Shown here: positions 18,020-26,588 of the stretch, in pieces | How positions within the stretch are numbered: the first letter of the stretch is position 1 | Layout: each line of letters opens with the position of its first letter | DNA from: Deltaproteobacteria bacterium TL4 | Lineage (GTDB): Bacteria; SAR324; NAC60-12 | Direction: 5' to 3' | DNA length: 42,020 bases | Assembly: GCA_051382335.1 (NCBI GenBank) | Contig: JBBCAX010000183.1 | Span: 1-42,020 of the forward strand | The notes under the pieces: model-generated | Database searches by the model: none | What the model saw: only the letters and a program-made list of their open reading frames with translations | What the model was told of the DNA's origin: nothing | Program-made: the position numbers and the translations under genes

Positions 18020-18300
18020 CCCCGGTTTTTAAATTGCACGGACGTATTTCATAAGAACCTGCGTCTGAGAAATTATCAAGTAACGCTTGTGATTTTTCCA
18101 GCAATTCAGAGTTTAACTTATTGCTAACCAGTTAAACTTCATTTTTCAATACTTCTATCAGTTTTTGATATGTGCGTCCAGACTGGCCATGGAAATAATA
18201 CTTTCTTATTTCTTTATGGACTGATATAGGTGTTTTAACCGACGGATAAACGCACAATTTCAGTAGAAAAACAGGTTTTTCACCTAAAAGAAACCTCACC

Positions 18301-21300
18301 ATGAAACGAATCCAACTGCTCGCAATCATTACCGCAACGCTCCTGTTTTGTGGGCCAGTTTCTGGCAAATCGCTGACATTTCCCAAAGCCGAAAAGGGTA
18401 TTCTTGATTTAAGCCATTGGAATTTTGAACAAGATGGAATGGTGCCGTTGGAAGGTGAATGGGAATTTTACTGGATGCGGCTCCTCACACCTGAAGATTT
18501 TGAAAAACAGCGAACAATCCCACCCCCGATTTTCATGCAACTCACCAAAGTTTGGAATGGAACGCTGGTTGACGGCAAACCCTTGGGCGGTGAGGGCTAT
18601 GCCACCTACCGTTTACAGATCAAAGTGCCCACGAATAAGCGTTATGCCATCAAAACCAAAGATATCGCGACGGCTTTCAAAATGTGGGTCCTTCACAAAA
18701 CCTTTGGCAATGGCGTCGTTGGAACAACCAAAGAAACCATGATTCCCCAGACTTTACCGATTGTCGCCCCCTTTGAAACTGAAACAGGGATCGTGAATCT
18801 GGTGATTCAGGTTTCCAATTTTTATCACCGTAATGGTGGTTTTTCCGATAAGATTTCACTGGGAACAGCAGCTCAGGTTCAATGGAACCATGATCAATTT
18901 CTGGGGCTTGATATCTTTATCATCGGTGCGCTGGGAATCATGGGTTTATATCACCTGGGACTGTTTTTTCTGAGGCGTCAGGACCCTTCACCGCTCTATT
19001 TTGGTCTGGTCTGTTTGCTGTTAAGCCTGCGTTCCGCACTGACAGGAGAACGTCTGCTGGTTCAAATATTCACTGATTTCTCATGGGAATGGTTTTTAAC
19101 CATGAACTATCTGACGTTCATATTGCCCACTCCCTGTTTCTGGTTCTATATTCGCCATCTTTATCCGGCAGAATGCTCGATCCGATTAGGAAAATGGGTG
19201 AGTGCCCTGACAGGTTTGCTGGCCTTGATCGTTTTGTTCACGCCACCCCTGATTTTTTCTCATACAGCTCCCCCGGCACGTATTCTGATCATGGTTTCAG
19301 GGTTGTATCTGGTCTATGTTCTGATCCTGGCCTGGATGCATAAACGGGAATACGCAGTGCTCATGTGGGTGGGAATGTCGGTTCTGGTGATATCAACAAT
19401 CAATGACATTCTGTATGGCTATCAAATTCTACTCACCGGCCACACGTTTTCTTATGCTTTGTTTTTCTTTGTCTTCATTCAGTCTTTTATTTTGGCCAAA
19501 AGGTTTTCCAATGCTTTTGTGATTGTAGAAACCCAGGCCGAAGAATTAAAACGCAGTGATGAAACCCTGCGTCAGGCACTAAATCAACTTCAGAAACTGG
19601 ATCAACTCAAAGATGAATTTTTGGCGAACACGTCTCATGAATTGAGAACACCACTGAATGGCATCATTGGTCTGAGTGAAAACCTGCTGGATGGTATCGG
19701 CGGAAAACCCACTCCAGTACAGACCGAAAATCTGAGCTTGATTGTTCAAAGCGGAAAACGTCTGGCGAATCTGGTGAATGATATTCTTGATTTATCAAAA
19801 ATTAAAAATGACGAACTGCAACTGAATCTTCAATCAGTGGATATCCAGAACCTCACGAATCTGGTCCTCACCCTCTCCAGACCCCTGCTGAATAAAAAGC
19901 CGGTTGTTCTGCGTTCCGAAATTTCCGATCATCTTCCCCTGGTAGTTGCTGATGAAAACCGTTTTCAGCAGATTCTCCTCAATCTGGTGGGCAATGCCAT
20001 CAAATTCACTCATCTGGGTGAAATTCGCGTAAGGGCTGAAGAACGGGAGGGGAGTATCTGGATTTCTGTTTCCGATACAGGAATTGGCATCCCCGAAGAC
20101 AAACAGAAAATTATCTTTTTCCCATTTGAGCAGGTCGACAGCTCTCAGAATCGAATCTACGGAGGCACTGGACTGGGACTGAATGTGGCCAAAAAACTGG
20201 TAGAACTCCATGGGGGGGAAATCCTGGTTGATAGCACCGTTGGGGTGGGTTCAACTTTTTCTTTTAATTTAAAGATTGCTGATGACCAACGGCTGTTGCC
20301 CCATCACCACCTTGAAATACCAAAGGCTATTGACGAAAACAGGGAACAGGTTATTCAAGAATCCGCACCCATTGCTGAAATCAGCAGGATTTCAAATCAG
20401 GCGTTTCCAAAGCAAAAAACCATTCTGGTTGTCGATGATGAACCTGTCAATGTGCAGGTTTTGCGGAATCATCTTCACCTTCAGAATTATCGGGTATTGA
20501 CTGCGGGTGACGGCTATGAAGCACTGGAAATTATCGACAGGGAACAACCTGACATGATTGTGCTGGACCTCATGATGCCACGTATGAATGGGTATGAAGT
20601 CACCCGGAAAATCCGACAAACCTACAATCCGGAAGCGTTGCCCATTGTAATGCTTACCGCTAAAAACCAGCTTGGTGATCTGGTTGAAGGCTTTGAATGC
20701 GGCATCAATGATTATCTCACGAAACCCTTTCGTAAACAGGAATTGCTCAGTCGTGTGGATGTCCATCTTCAACTGCATGACGCCATTCAGCATCTTGAGG
20801 AAAAAGTTAAGGAACGCACTCATCAACTACAGAAAACCACAGAAGAACTCCAGAGAAAAAACCTGGAAATCATTCAGGATTTGCAAACAGCGGCCGGATT
20901 GCAGGCTCATCTTTTCAGAGAATTTCGTCCACCTCATTTCCTGCGGATTGCGGTATATTATCATCCATATTCGCATGTTTCCGGAGATATTTACAAACTG
21001 TATGCGGATGACTCCGGGGGCTTTAATCTGTTTTTAGGAGACAGCTCGGGTCATGGGGTCGCAGCGGCATTGACCACCATCATGGCTGACATTCTGATCA
21101 GTCAGAAAATCAATTCCAGCCCTGATAAGATTATGGCTTTTATCAATGATCAACTGATGGAACATTTGCCGGATGATCGCTTTATGACAGCGCTTTTACT
21201 CAAGATCCGCGAAAATGGAGAGCTTACCGTAGCCAATGCGGGACATCCCCCGCTCATGATCCTGCCTGCCCGGGGTGGGACTCCCTTGCTTTTCAGATCA

Positions 21301-21585
21301 GACAGTATGATATTGGGACCATTCAAGACCCCCGTATTTCAATGTAAGGAAGTTACCTGTCAACTTCATCCCGGAGATGTAGGGATTCTCTTCACAGATG
21401 GAATTACCGAACGATACAACGCCTCAGACTTGTATGATGAAGAGCGACTACTGCTGTTCATGGAAGAACACAGTAATATGGATTTAGAAGCTCTTTTGGA
21501 AAAACTGATTGAAGACATTGAAATTTTTGCGGAAGGACAGCCTGAAAGGGATGACGTCACCGTGATTGTTTTCAGATTTATATAG
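18301..21585 (+). CDS. 7TM-DISM hybrid sensor: extracellular domain-7TM-HisKA-HATPase-REC-PP2C(SpoIIE)
   Basis: Signal peptide, LEGEWEFYW, GYATYRL, seven hydrophobic helices, SHELRTPLNG, VVDDEP..LDLMMP, GDSSGHG/NAGHPP/FTDG/DDVT. Confidence 0.9.
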   Translation: MKRIQLLAIITATLLFCGPVSGKSLTFPKAEKGILDLSHWNFEQDGMVPLEGEWEFYWMRLLTPEDFEKQRTIPPPIFMQLTKVWNGTLVDGKPLGGEGYATYRLQIKVPTNKRYAIKTKDIATAFKMWVLHKTFGNGVVGTTKETMIPQTLPIVAPFETETGIVNLVIQVSNFYHRNGGFSDKISLGTAAQVQWNHDQFLGLDIFIIGALGIMGLYHLGLFFLRRQDPSPLYFGLVCLLLSLRSALTGERLLVQIFTDFSWEWFLTMNYLTFILPTPCFWFYIRHLYPAECSIRLGKWVSALTGLLALIVLFTPPLIFSHTAPPARILIMVSGLYLVYVLILAWMHKREYAVLMWVGMSVLVISTINDILYGYQILLTGHTFSYALFFFVFIQSFILAKRFSNAFVIVETQAEELKRSDETLRQALNQLQKLDQLKDEFLANTSHELRTPLNGIIGLSENLLDGIGGKPTPVQTENLSLIVQSGKRLANLVNDILDLSKIKNDELQLNLQSVDIQNLTNLVLTLSRPLLNKKPVVLRSEISDHLPLVVADENRFQQILLNLVGNAIKFTHLGEIRVRAEEREGSIWISVSDTGIGIPEDKQKIIFFPFEQVDSSQNRIYGGTGLGLNVAKKLVELHGGEILVDSTVGVGSTFSFNLKIADDQRLLPHHHLEIPKAIDENREQVIQESAPIAEISRISNQAFPKQKTILVVDDEPVNVQVLRNHLHLQNYRVLTAGDGYEALEIIDREQPDMIVLDLMMPRMNGYEVTRKIRQTYNPEALPIVMLTAKNQLGDLVEGFECGINDYLTKPFRKQELLSRVDVHLQLHDAIQHLEEKVKERTHQLQKTTEELQRKNLEIIQDLQTAAGLQAHLFREFRPPHFLRIAVYYHPYSHVSGDIYKLYADDSGGFNLFLGDSSGHGVAAALTTIMADILISQKINSSPDKIMAFINDQLMEHLPDDRFMTALLLKIRENGELTVANAGHPPLMILPARGGTPLLFRSDSMILGPFKTPVFQCKEVTCQLHPGDVGILFTDGITERYNASDLYDEERLLLFMEEHSNMDLEALLEKLIEDIEIFAEGQPERDDVTVIVFRFI

Positions 21586-21685
21586 TGTTTCAGAAAAGTA
21601 TTTTGGGCTGGGAGCGCAAGCGTCCCGCCTGCTTTTGCGGGCAGGATGCCCGCATTCTCAGGAAAGACTTATCTGAAAGTCTATA
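21581..21685. mobile_element. MITE-like element, shell family D, second copy
   Basis: TATAGTGTTTCAGAAAAGT ... ACTTATCTGAAAGTCTATA inverted ends. Same CTGGGAG REP core as 1512-1614. Confidence 0.8.
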
Positions 21686-21866
21686 GTGAGAGGTTGCCTT
21701 CATTACATTCAGGGATATTTGGATAAAGCCACCCTTGGCATTCCATAGAATCCTTGATATAAACCACAGAGTGGTGTAATTTTTGCGTTCCTGGTAGGGA
21801 TCCCATCACGGATGAGAAATCGTAACTCTCCTTTGCATAAAGTAATACCGACTGGAGCTTCTTGTC

Positions 21867-23444
21867 ATGACAGCAATCCATAGTGACGTGATTTCAACCA
21901 AGAACCCTTCCATCCAGCCACCTTTGAATGTAAAACAAGTGACCGTTTTGCAGTCGGCTCACATTGATCCTTGGGGAATGTTCGATGCCTTGACCGCGTC
22001 TATTGTCACCCTGCCACTTCCGGCTCCTTTGGGACCTAAAATCGCTGAGTTGAGACTTGAACAAGAGCCCACATTTTCGTTTAGCAAGCATTCCAGTGAT
22101 CTTTATGACGAGGCTCCCTCAAAGGAAGTTGGAATTCGGTTAACTCAAAAAGAAAAATGGGAACCCTCCAAAGGCCCCTCACCTTTTGACCTACTAGAGG
22201 CTCAAAATTTTGAGATAGCCCTGCCAAAAGAAAGTGCGCTTAAAACCTTTGCTTTAGATTTATCTGATGAGGAAACGGTGAGCTTGGTGAGAGACACCGG
22301 GGACTTGGCACTTTCATTTATAGAGGAATATTTTGCGACAACAGTCCCCCATGAAGAACCGTCTCCACCCCCGTCACTTCCGATTGCCGGGATTACCTCC
22401 AGCGTTGCTGGACCCGTATGGGAACTATACCCGGAGCAGCTTGCGTTTTCTGTGGAGCTCACTCAGAAGTCCCCCTTGGTACGCGGCAATCATCTTTTTC
22501 CTTCAGTAACATGGGAACTGTTCAGACCCGCTCTTGAGAAATCGCCCATTGCCTTAAAAAACAAGGAAACGCCCATTTCCTCTCCCAAAGAAGTCAAAGC
22601 CCGACCTCAACCTCAGCAAAAAGCCAAAACCCCCTCCAGCTTTTCGCCGCTGCCCCATTCGACAACTTTTGAATTTTTTGAGCAGTATGAGCGTCAAGCG
22701 CCGGTAGCGTCGGGAAAACCAACGGAAACCGTCCCACAAAGCGATGCGCTTTTCTCAGAACCATCCTCTCAAACGCAAACACCACACATAGAAAAAAAAC
22801 GGTTTGAGATCTTTTCTGAACAATTACCTCAAGCGACTCAAAAACGAGCCACATCGCTGCCTGCGCAGACCACAGCCAATCCAAGATTTTCGGTTTACCA
22901 ACCGTGGGAACTTTTTGATGAACAACTGCTTCGTCCCTTTCAACGAAGTGTGTTTCCCTTTCAGGAACAGGGGAAAAATCAGGCTTGGGAGCTGTTTCAA
23001 GATTCCCTGACTCTCCGTCCCTTGTCACCCCTGAAAACAGAGTTTTACGTTCTTTCTGAACCGTCACCCCCAAAACAAATCCGCCAGGACATTCCTTATC
23101 GAAGAAAACACACCTTGTGTTCTGAAGAGTTAAAAGGCATACGTTGGGATCTGTTTGAAGAACACTTGCCTTCTCCTTTTCAACGTACTAAACGTTTATT
23201 AGAGACGTTATCGCAGCTTCAGGGAGCATGGGAATTATTTGACAGGGAAACGATACCCAGGACGTCGAAACCATCGGCGTTGACGGACTTGGAAGGTGAT
23301 CTCTCTCTTGTTCAAGAATTGAAGAGTTTACAGAAGCACTTGCTTCAAATGGATTCCTTTATCAGTACCGAACTTTCCCAGATCAGTGTTCGCTTACAAA
23401 AGATTCAAAAAGCCTTGGAAACGCGGGATTTAACCTCAACATAA
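21867..23444 (+). CDS. Hypothetical Pro/Ser/Glu-rich protein with repeated WELF motif and C-terminal coiled coil
   Basis: GGAG SD upstream, 525-aa ORF, repeated (W/F)(E/D)(L/I/F)(F/Y) motifs, heptad-like C-terminus. Confidence 0.8.
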   Translation: MTAIHSDVISTKNPSIQPPLNVKQVTVLQSAHIDPWGMFDALTASIVTLPLPAPLGPKIAELRLEQEPTFSFSKHSSDLYDEAPSKEVGIRLTQKEKWEPSKGPSPFDLLEAQNFEIALPKESALKTFALDLSDEETVSLVRDTGDLALSFIEEYFATTVPHEEPSPPPSLPIAGITSSVAGPVWELYPEQLAFSVELTQKSPLVRGNHLFPSVTWELFRPALEKSPIALKNKETPISSPKEVKARPQPQQKAKTPSSFSPLPHSTTFEFFEQYERQAPVASGKPTETVPQSDALFSEPSSQTQTPHIEKKRFEIFSEQLPQATQKRATSLPAQTTANPRFSVYQPWELFDEQLLRPFQRSVFPFQEQGKNQAWELFQDSLTLRPLSPLKTEFYVLSEPSPPKQIRQDIPYRRKHTLCSEELKGIRWDLFEEHLPSPFQRTKRLLETLSQLQGAWELFDRETIPRTSKPSALTDLEGDLSLVQELKSLQKHLLQMDSFISTELSQISVRLQKIQKALETRDLTST

Positions 23445-23539
23445 ACCGGGGATATTGTGTTACAATTTACGCATTCAAAGAAACGAGATCTTCATATTTT
23501 AAATAACCGTTTGAATTTTTTTTGGTGACTTAGTTACTC

Positions 23540-25174
23540 ATGGAAACCCTCTTCCGCTTTGATCATTTCATCCCTTACGGCATTCCTCCTTTATTAACGA
23601 TGCTGATGTGCGTCTTTTTGGCCTCCTTGACCATTCATTCCGGCGCACAAAAGAGAGACAACCAACTATTCACACTCTACTGTATCCTCCAAGGATTTCT
23701 CTATCTGACCGTAACGTTGGATACTCTTTGGAATGATCCTGTTTCCGCATTGAACTTCTTAGCCACGATTTTCGCGGCCTACGTATTCATCGTTCCCATT
23801 TTGGTTCATTTGATTCATCATGTGCTTGGAATACGTTCCAAAAGCTGGCTTATTCAGCTACTTTATGGCTGGAGCGCGGGTTTAGCCATCCTCTCTCCGA
23901 CAACTTATATTTTTACAGGTTACCGGGAACTGTTCTGGGGAATACAGCCTATCTCCGGTGTGGTTTATCCACTTTTCGCGCTTATCGGAGGGGCCAGTGT
24001 TCTCTATTGTGGGGTTCTTCTCTTGAACGCTATCCGTGACTGCACCAATTCCAAACAAAGAACCAAGCTCCGTTATTTATTTTGGGGCGTGTTGATCAAT
24101 GCCCTGTTGACCGTCACACAAACCATTACAGTGTTTGGATATGACATCTATCCTCCAGGAAATTTTGGGTTCATTCCCTTGCTTTTGATGGCTTATGGAT
24201 TATTGCAAAAACAGTTGCTGGATACCTCCCAAAGTTGGATATTTAAAAATAATAGGGACCGGTTTTTTACGAGCCTGGCCCGCTTTTTTGTATCCTTGGG
24301 ATTTTTCATCGCCTCCATCCTTTGTTTTTGGGTGTTAAGAGACTATGAACTTTCGTATATTTTAGACCGACTTTGGCCCTATGCCATTCCCTCTTTATTT
24401 ACAGCCTTATGCGGCGGCATCCTTTCGTTATTAGCGCTGAAAGTGGGCCAGAGTCAAAAAGAAGCCCTGGTTTTCAGTCTGGTGTGTTTGCTTTATGGGT
24501 TTTATAGTTTTGATATCTTTCTCAATAGTCTGATTCAAGACCCGCAACTGTGTTTAGCGATCAGTCGCACGGATCATCTCTTTTTTATCTTTTTAGCCCC
24601 TCTTCAATTACACCTCACCTATTTGATTTGTCATAAAGAGAACCATAAATGGATCCTGGGGCTTTGTTATTTCGTCACCATACTCTTTCTGCCTTTAACT
24701 CAAACGGATTATTATCTGAGTGGCGTGCAGACGTTCTATTGGGGATTTTTCGCCAAGATAGGAGTCGGATTTCAGCTTTTTAGTGTTTGGATCGGGTTGA
24801 CTCTGATTTATATCCTTTTTTTACTCTATCAAACGTATCGAAGTGTTCATGATAATTTCTTTCGGCACCGCATTAAGTTTTTTGCGCTGGGATCGGTTTC
24901 TACCGCGATTTTGAATCTGGGCAATATTCCGGTAACCTTGGGGTATGAGTATTTTCCATCGAGTAATTGGAGTTTTCTTTCCTTGGGAATTTTCGCCTAT
25001 GCGCTCTTTAGGCAGAATACGCATGAAGTTCTGCAATTTTTCCGCAAATTGCTTTGGTTTTTATTTGCTGGGTTAGCCCTGCTTTTTCTGGCCTGGATCG
25101 TTCAAAGACTTTTCTCAATCGGATCTTCCCAACACTCTTTTTCGCTTGGGGCGCTTTCCCTTTCCTTTATTTGA
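23540..25174 (+). pseudogene. Membrane sensor with two tandem HisKA_7TM-like domains, apparently truncated before any output domain
   Basis: Internal duplication YGIPPLLT...PPGNFGFIPLLLMAYGL / YAIPSLFT...PSSNWSFLSLGIFAYAL. TGA falls in a hydrophobic stretch and a MITE begins about 45 nt downstream. Confidence 0.6.
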
Positions 25175-25218
25175 TTCTTGTATAATCGTTGGGTTTGTGC
25201 TCTTATGCATCTTTTCCA

Positions 25219-25350
25219 GGTGCCTGTCCGAGAATGCGCACTTCAGCGTAGAATGGGTTCGCAGCCAATCGACACCCCTCAGAAACGCGCATTTTTATGG
25301 ATGCCGCCTTGCGGCTAACTCATCCTGCCAACCCCTTCTCGAACAATCCC
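25219..25350. mobile_element. MITE-like element, shell family A, degenerate second copy with different GTAG REP cargo
   Basis: AGGTGCCTGTCCGAGAAT matches AGGTGGCTGTCTGAGAAT (990-1007). CAACCCCTTCTCGAACA matches CAACCCCTTCTCGGACA (1111-1127). Internal GTAGAATGGGTT... / ...TAACTCATCCTGC. Confidence 0.7.
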
Positions 25351-25410
25351 TTGGGAATCCGGTCAGATTCACCCGTTCAGGATAACCGCAGATCATCAGG
25401 AACCACAGTT

Positions 25411-25911
25411 GTGAGAATATTAGGCATTGACCCGGGAAGCCGTAAAACGGGATATGGATTAATTGAAAGTCAAGGCAATCGGATTTGTTATCTTCAAAGT
25501 GGCTTCATCCGCTTGGGCGAGGCTCTTCCCTTGGCAGATCGTCTGGTTGTTTTAGCGGAGCAGTTAGACGCAATCCTTCAGGAGTTTAAGCCCGAATGTG
25601 GGGCCTTGGAGCAAATTTTTTTAGGCAAGAACGTGCAGTCGGCGTTAACCTTGGGACACGCTCGTGGTGTCATTCTCCTTAAACTGCGTCTTGCACAAAT
25701 GCCTGTGTATGAATATACTCCTCTTGAAGTGAAACAAACCGTTGTGGGCGTGGGACGTGCGGACAAAGCCCAGGTGGAGCACATGGTACGAATCTTATTA
25801 AATCAAAAAACCAGGAAAATTCAGGAAGATGAAGCGGATGCGCTCGCTGTCGCCATCACTCATTCTCACCTTATCCCCTTTCGACAAAAACAAAATGATC
25901 GCATATCTTGA
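25411..25911 (+). CDS. ruvC: Holliday junction resolvase RuvC
   Basis: GTG start giving MRILGIDPGSRKTGYG; EYTPLEVKQTVVGVGRADKAQV; DEADALAVAITH. Confidence 0.95.
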   Translation: MRILGIDPGSRKTGYGLIESQGNRICYLQSGFIRLGEALPLADRLVVLAEQLDAILQEFKPECGALEQIFLGKNVQSALTLGHARGVILLKLRLAQMPVYEYTPLEVKQTVVGVGRADKAQVEHMVRILLNQKTRKIQEDEADALAVAITHSHLIPFRQKQNDRIS

Positions 25912-26509
25912 AGGACACATTCTCCTTGTTGAAGCTGACTTTATGGTGCTTAAAACGATAGGAGGCGTCGGCTACCAGGTCTTTGCCACCCAAAAGCTGA
26001 TTGCTGCCAGCAAAGTAGGTGAACTTCTGGAGGTTTATACTTACGCTAATATTCGCGAAGATGAGTTCAGTCTCTATGCTTTTGCTTCAATGGTAGAAAA
26101 AAAAGTATTTGAATTATTGATTCGAACCTCAGGCATCGGACCCAAACTCGGTATCGCCATTTTATCGCACTTACCAGTCCCCACTCTGATTCAAGCCATC
26201 CAACAAGAAAACATAGCGACCCTCAGCACCGTACCTGGCGTTGGCAAAAAAACGGCGACCAAACTTTGTCTGGATATGAAAGATCTGCTGAAAAAACACC
26301 CCCTCCATGGGCTGGAAAACCTGAGTGGTTCGAGCACAGTCCACGCTAGTTCAGGAGGCGAGTCGGCTAATGAACTCATTTCCGCCCTGACGAACATGGG
26401 ATTTGCCGAGCGTGACATTTTCACGGTGCTGGGGCAAGTCCAATCAGAACATAAAAGCTTTGAAGCTCAGTTTAAAAAAGCACTATCCTTATTGACCTCA
26501 ATGCGTTAA
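25895..26509 (+). CDS. ruvA: Holliday junction branch migration protein RuvA
   Basis: MIAYLEG start, IREDEFSLYAF, HhH motifs SGIGPK and VPGVGKKTA, ALTNMGF. Confidence 0.95.
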   Translation: MIAYLEGHILLVEADFMVLKTIGGVGYQVFATQKLIAASKVGELLEVYTYANIREDEFSLYAFASMVEKKVFELLIRTSGIGPKLGIAILSHLPVPTLIQAIQQENIATLSTVPGVGKKTATKLCLDMKDLLKKHPLHGLENLSGSSTVHASSGGESANELISALTNMGFAERDIFTVLGQVQSEHKSFEAQFKKALSLLTSMR

Positions 26510-26588
26510 GAATGAAGTAACAACTCAGATAAAGACCGTTTTTTCAGGAGACAAGTCTGATGATTGGTTTTCTTATTCGTATTGGAGT

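Noticed and set aside
25172..25174. Selenocysteine or recoded TGA in the membrane sensor
   Set aside because: No redox motif context. Read-through gains only a short stretch before entering MITE sequence, and TGA is a normal stop elsewhere (uvrA, ccmD).
25297..25410. N-terminal extension of RuvC in the ORF track
   Set aside because: Begins inside the MITE; the family start MRILGIDPG is at GTG 25411.
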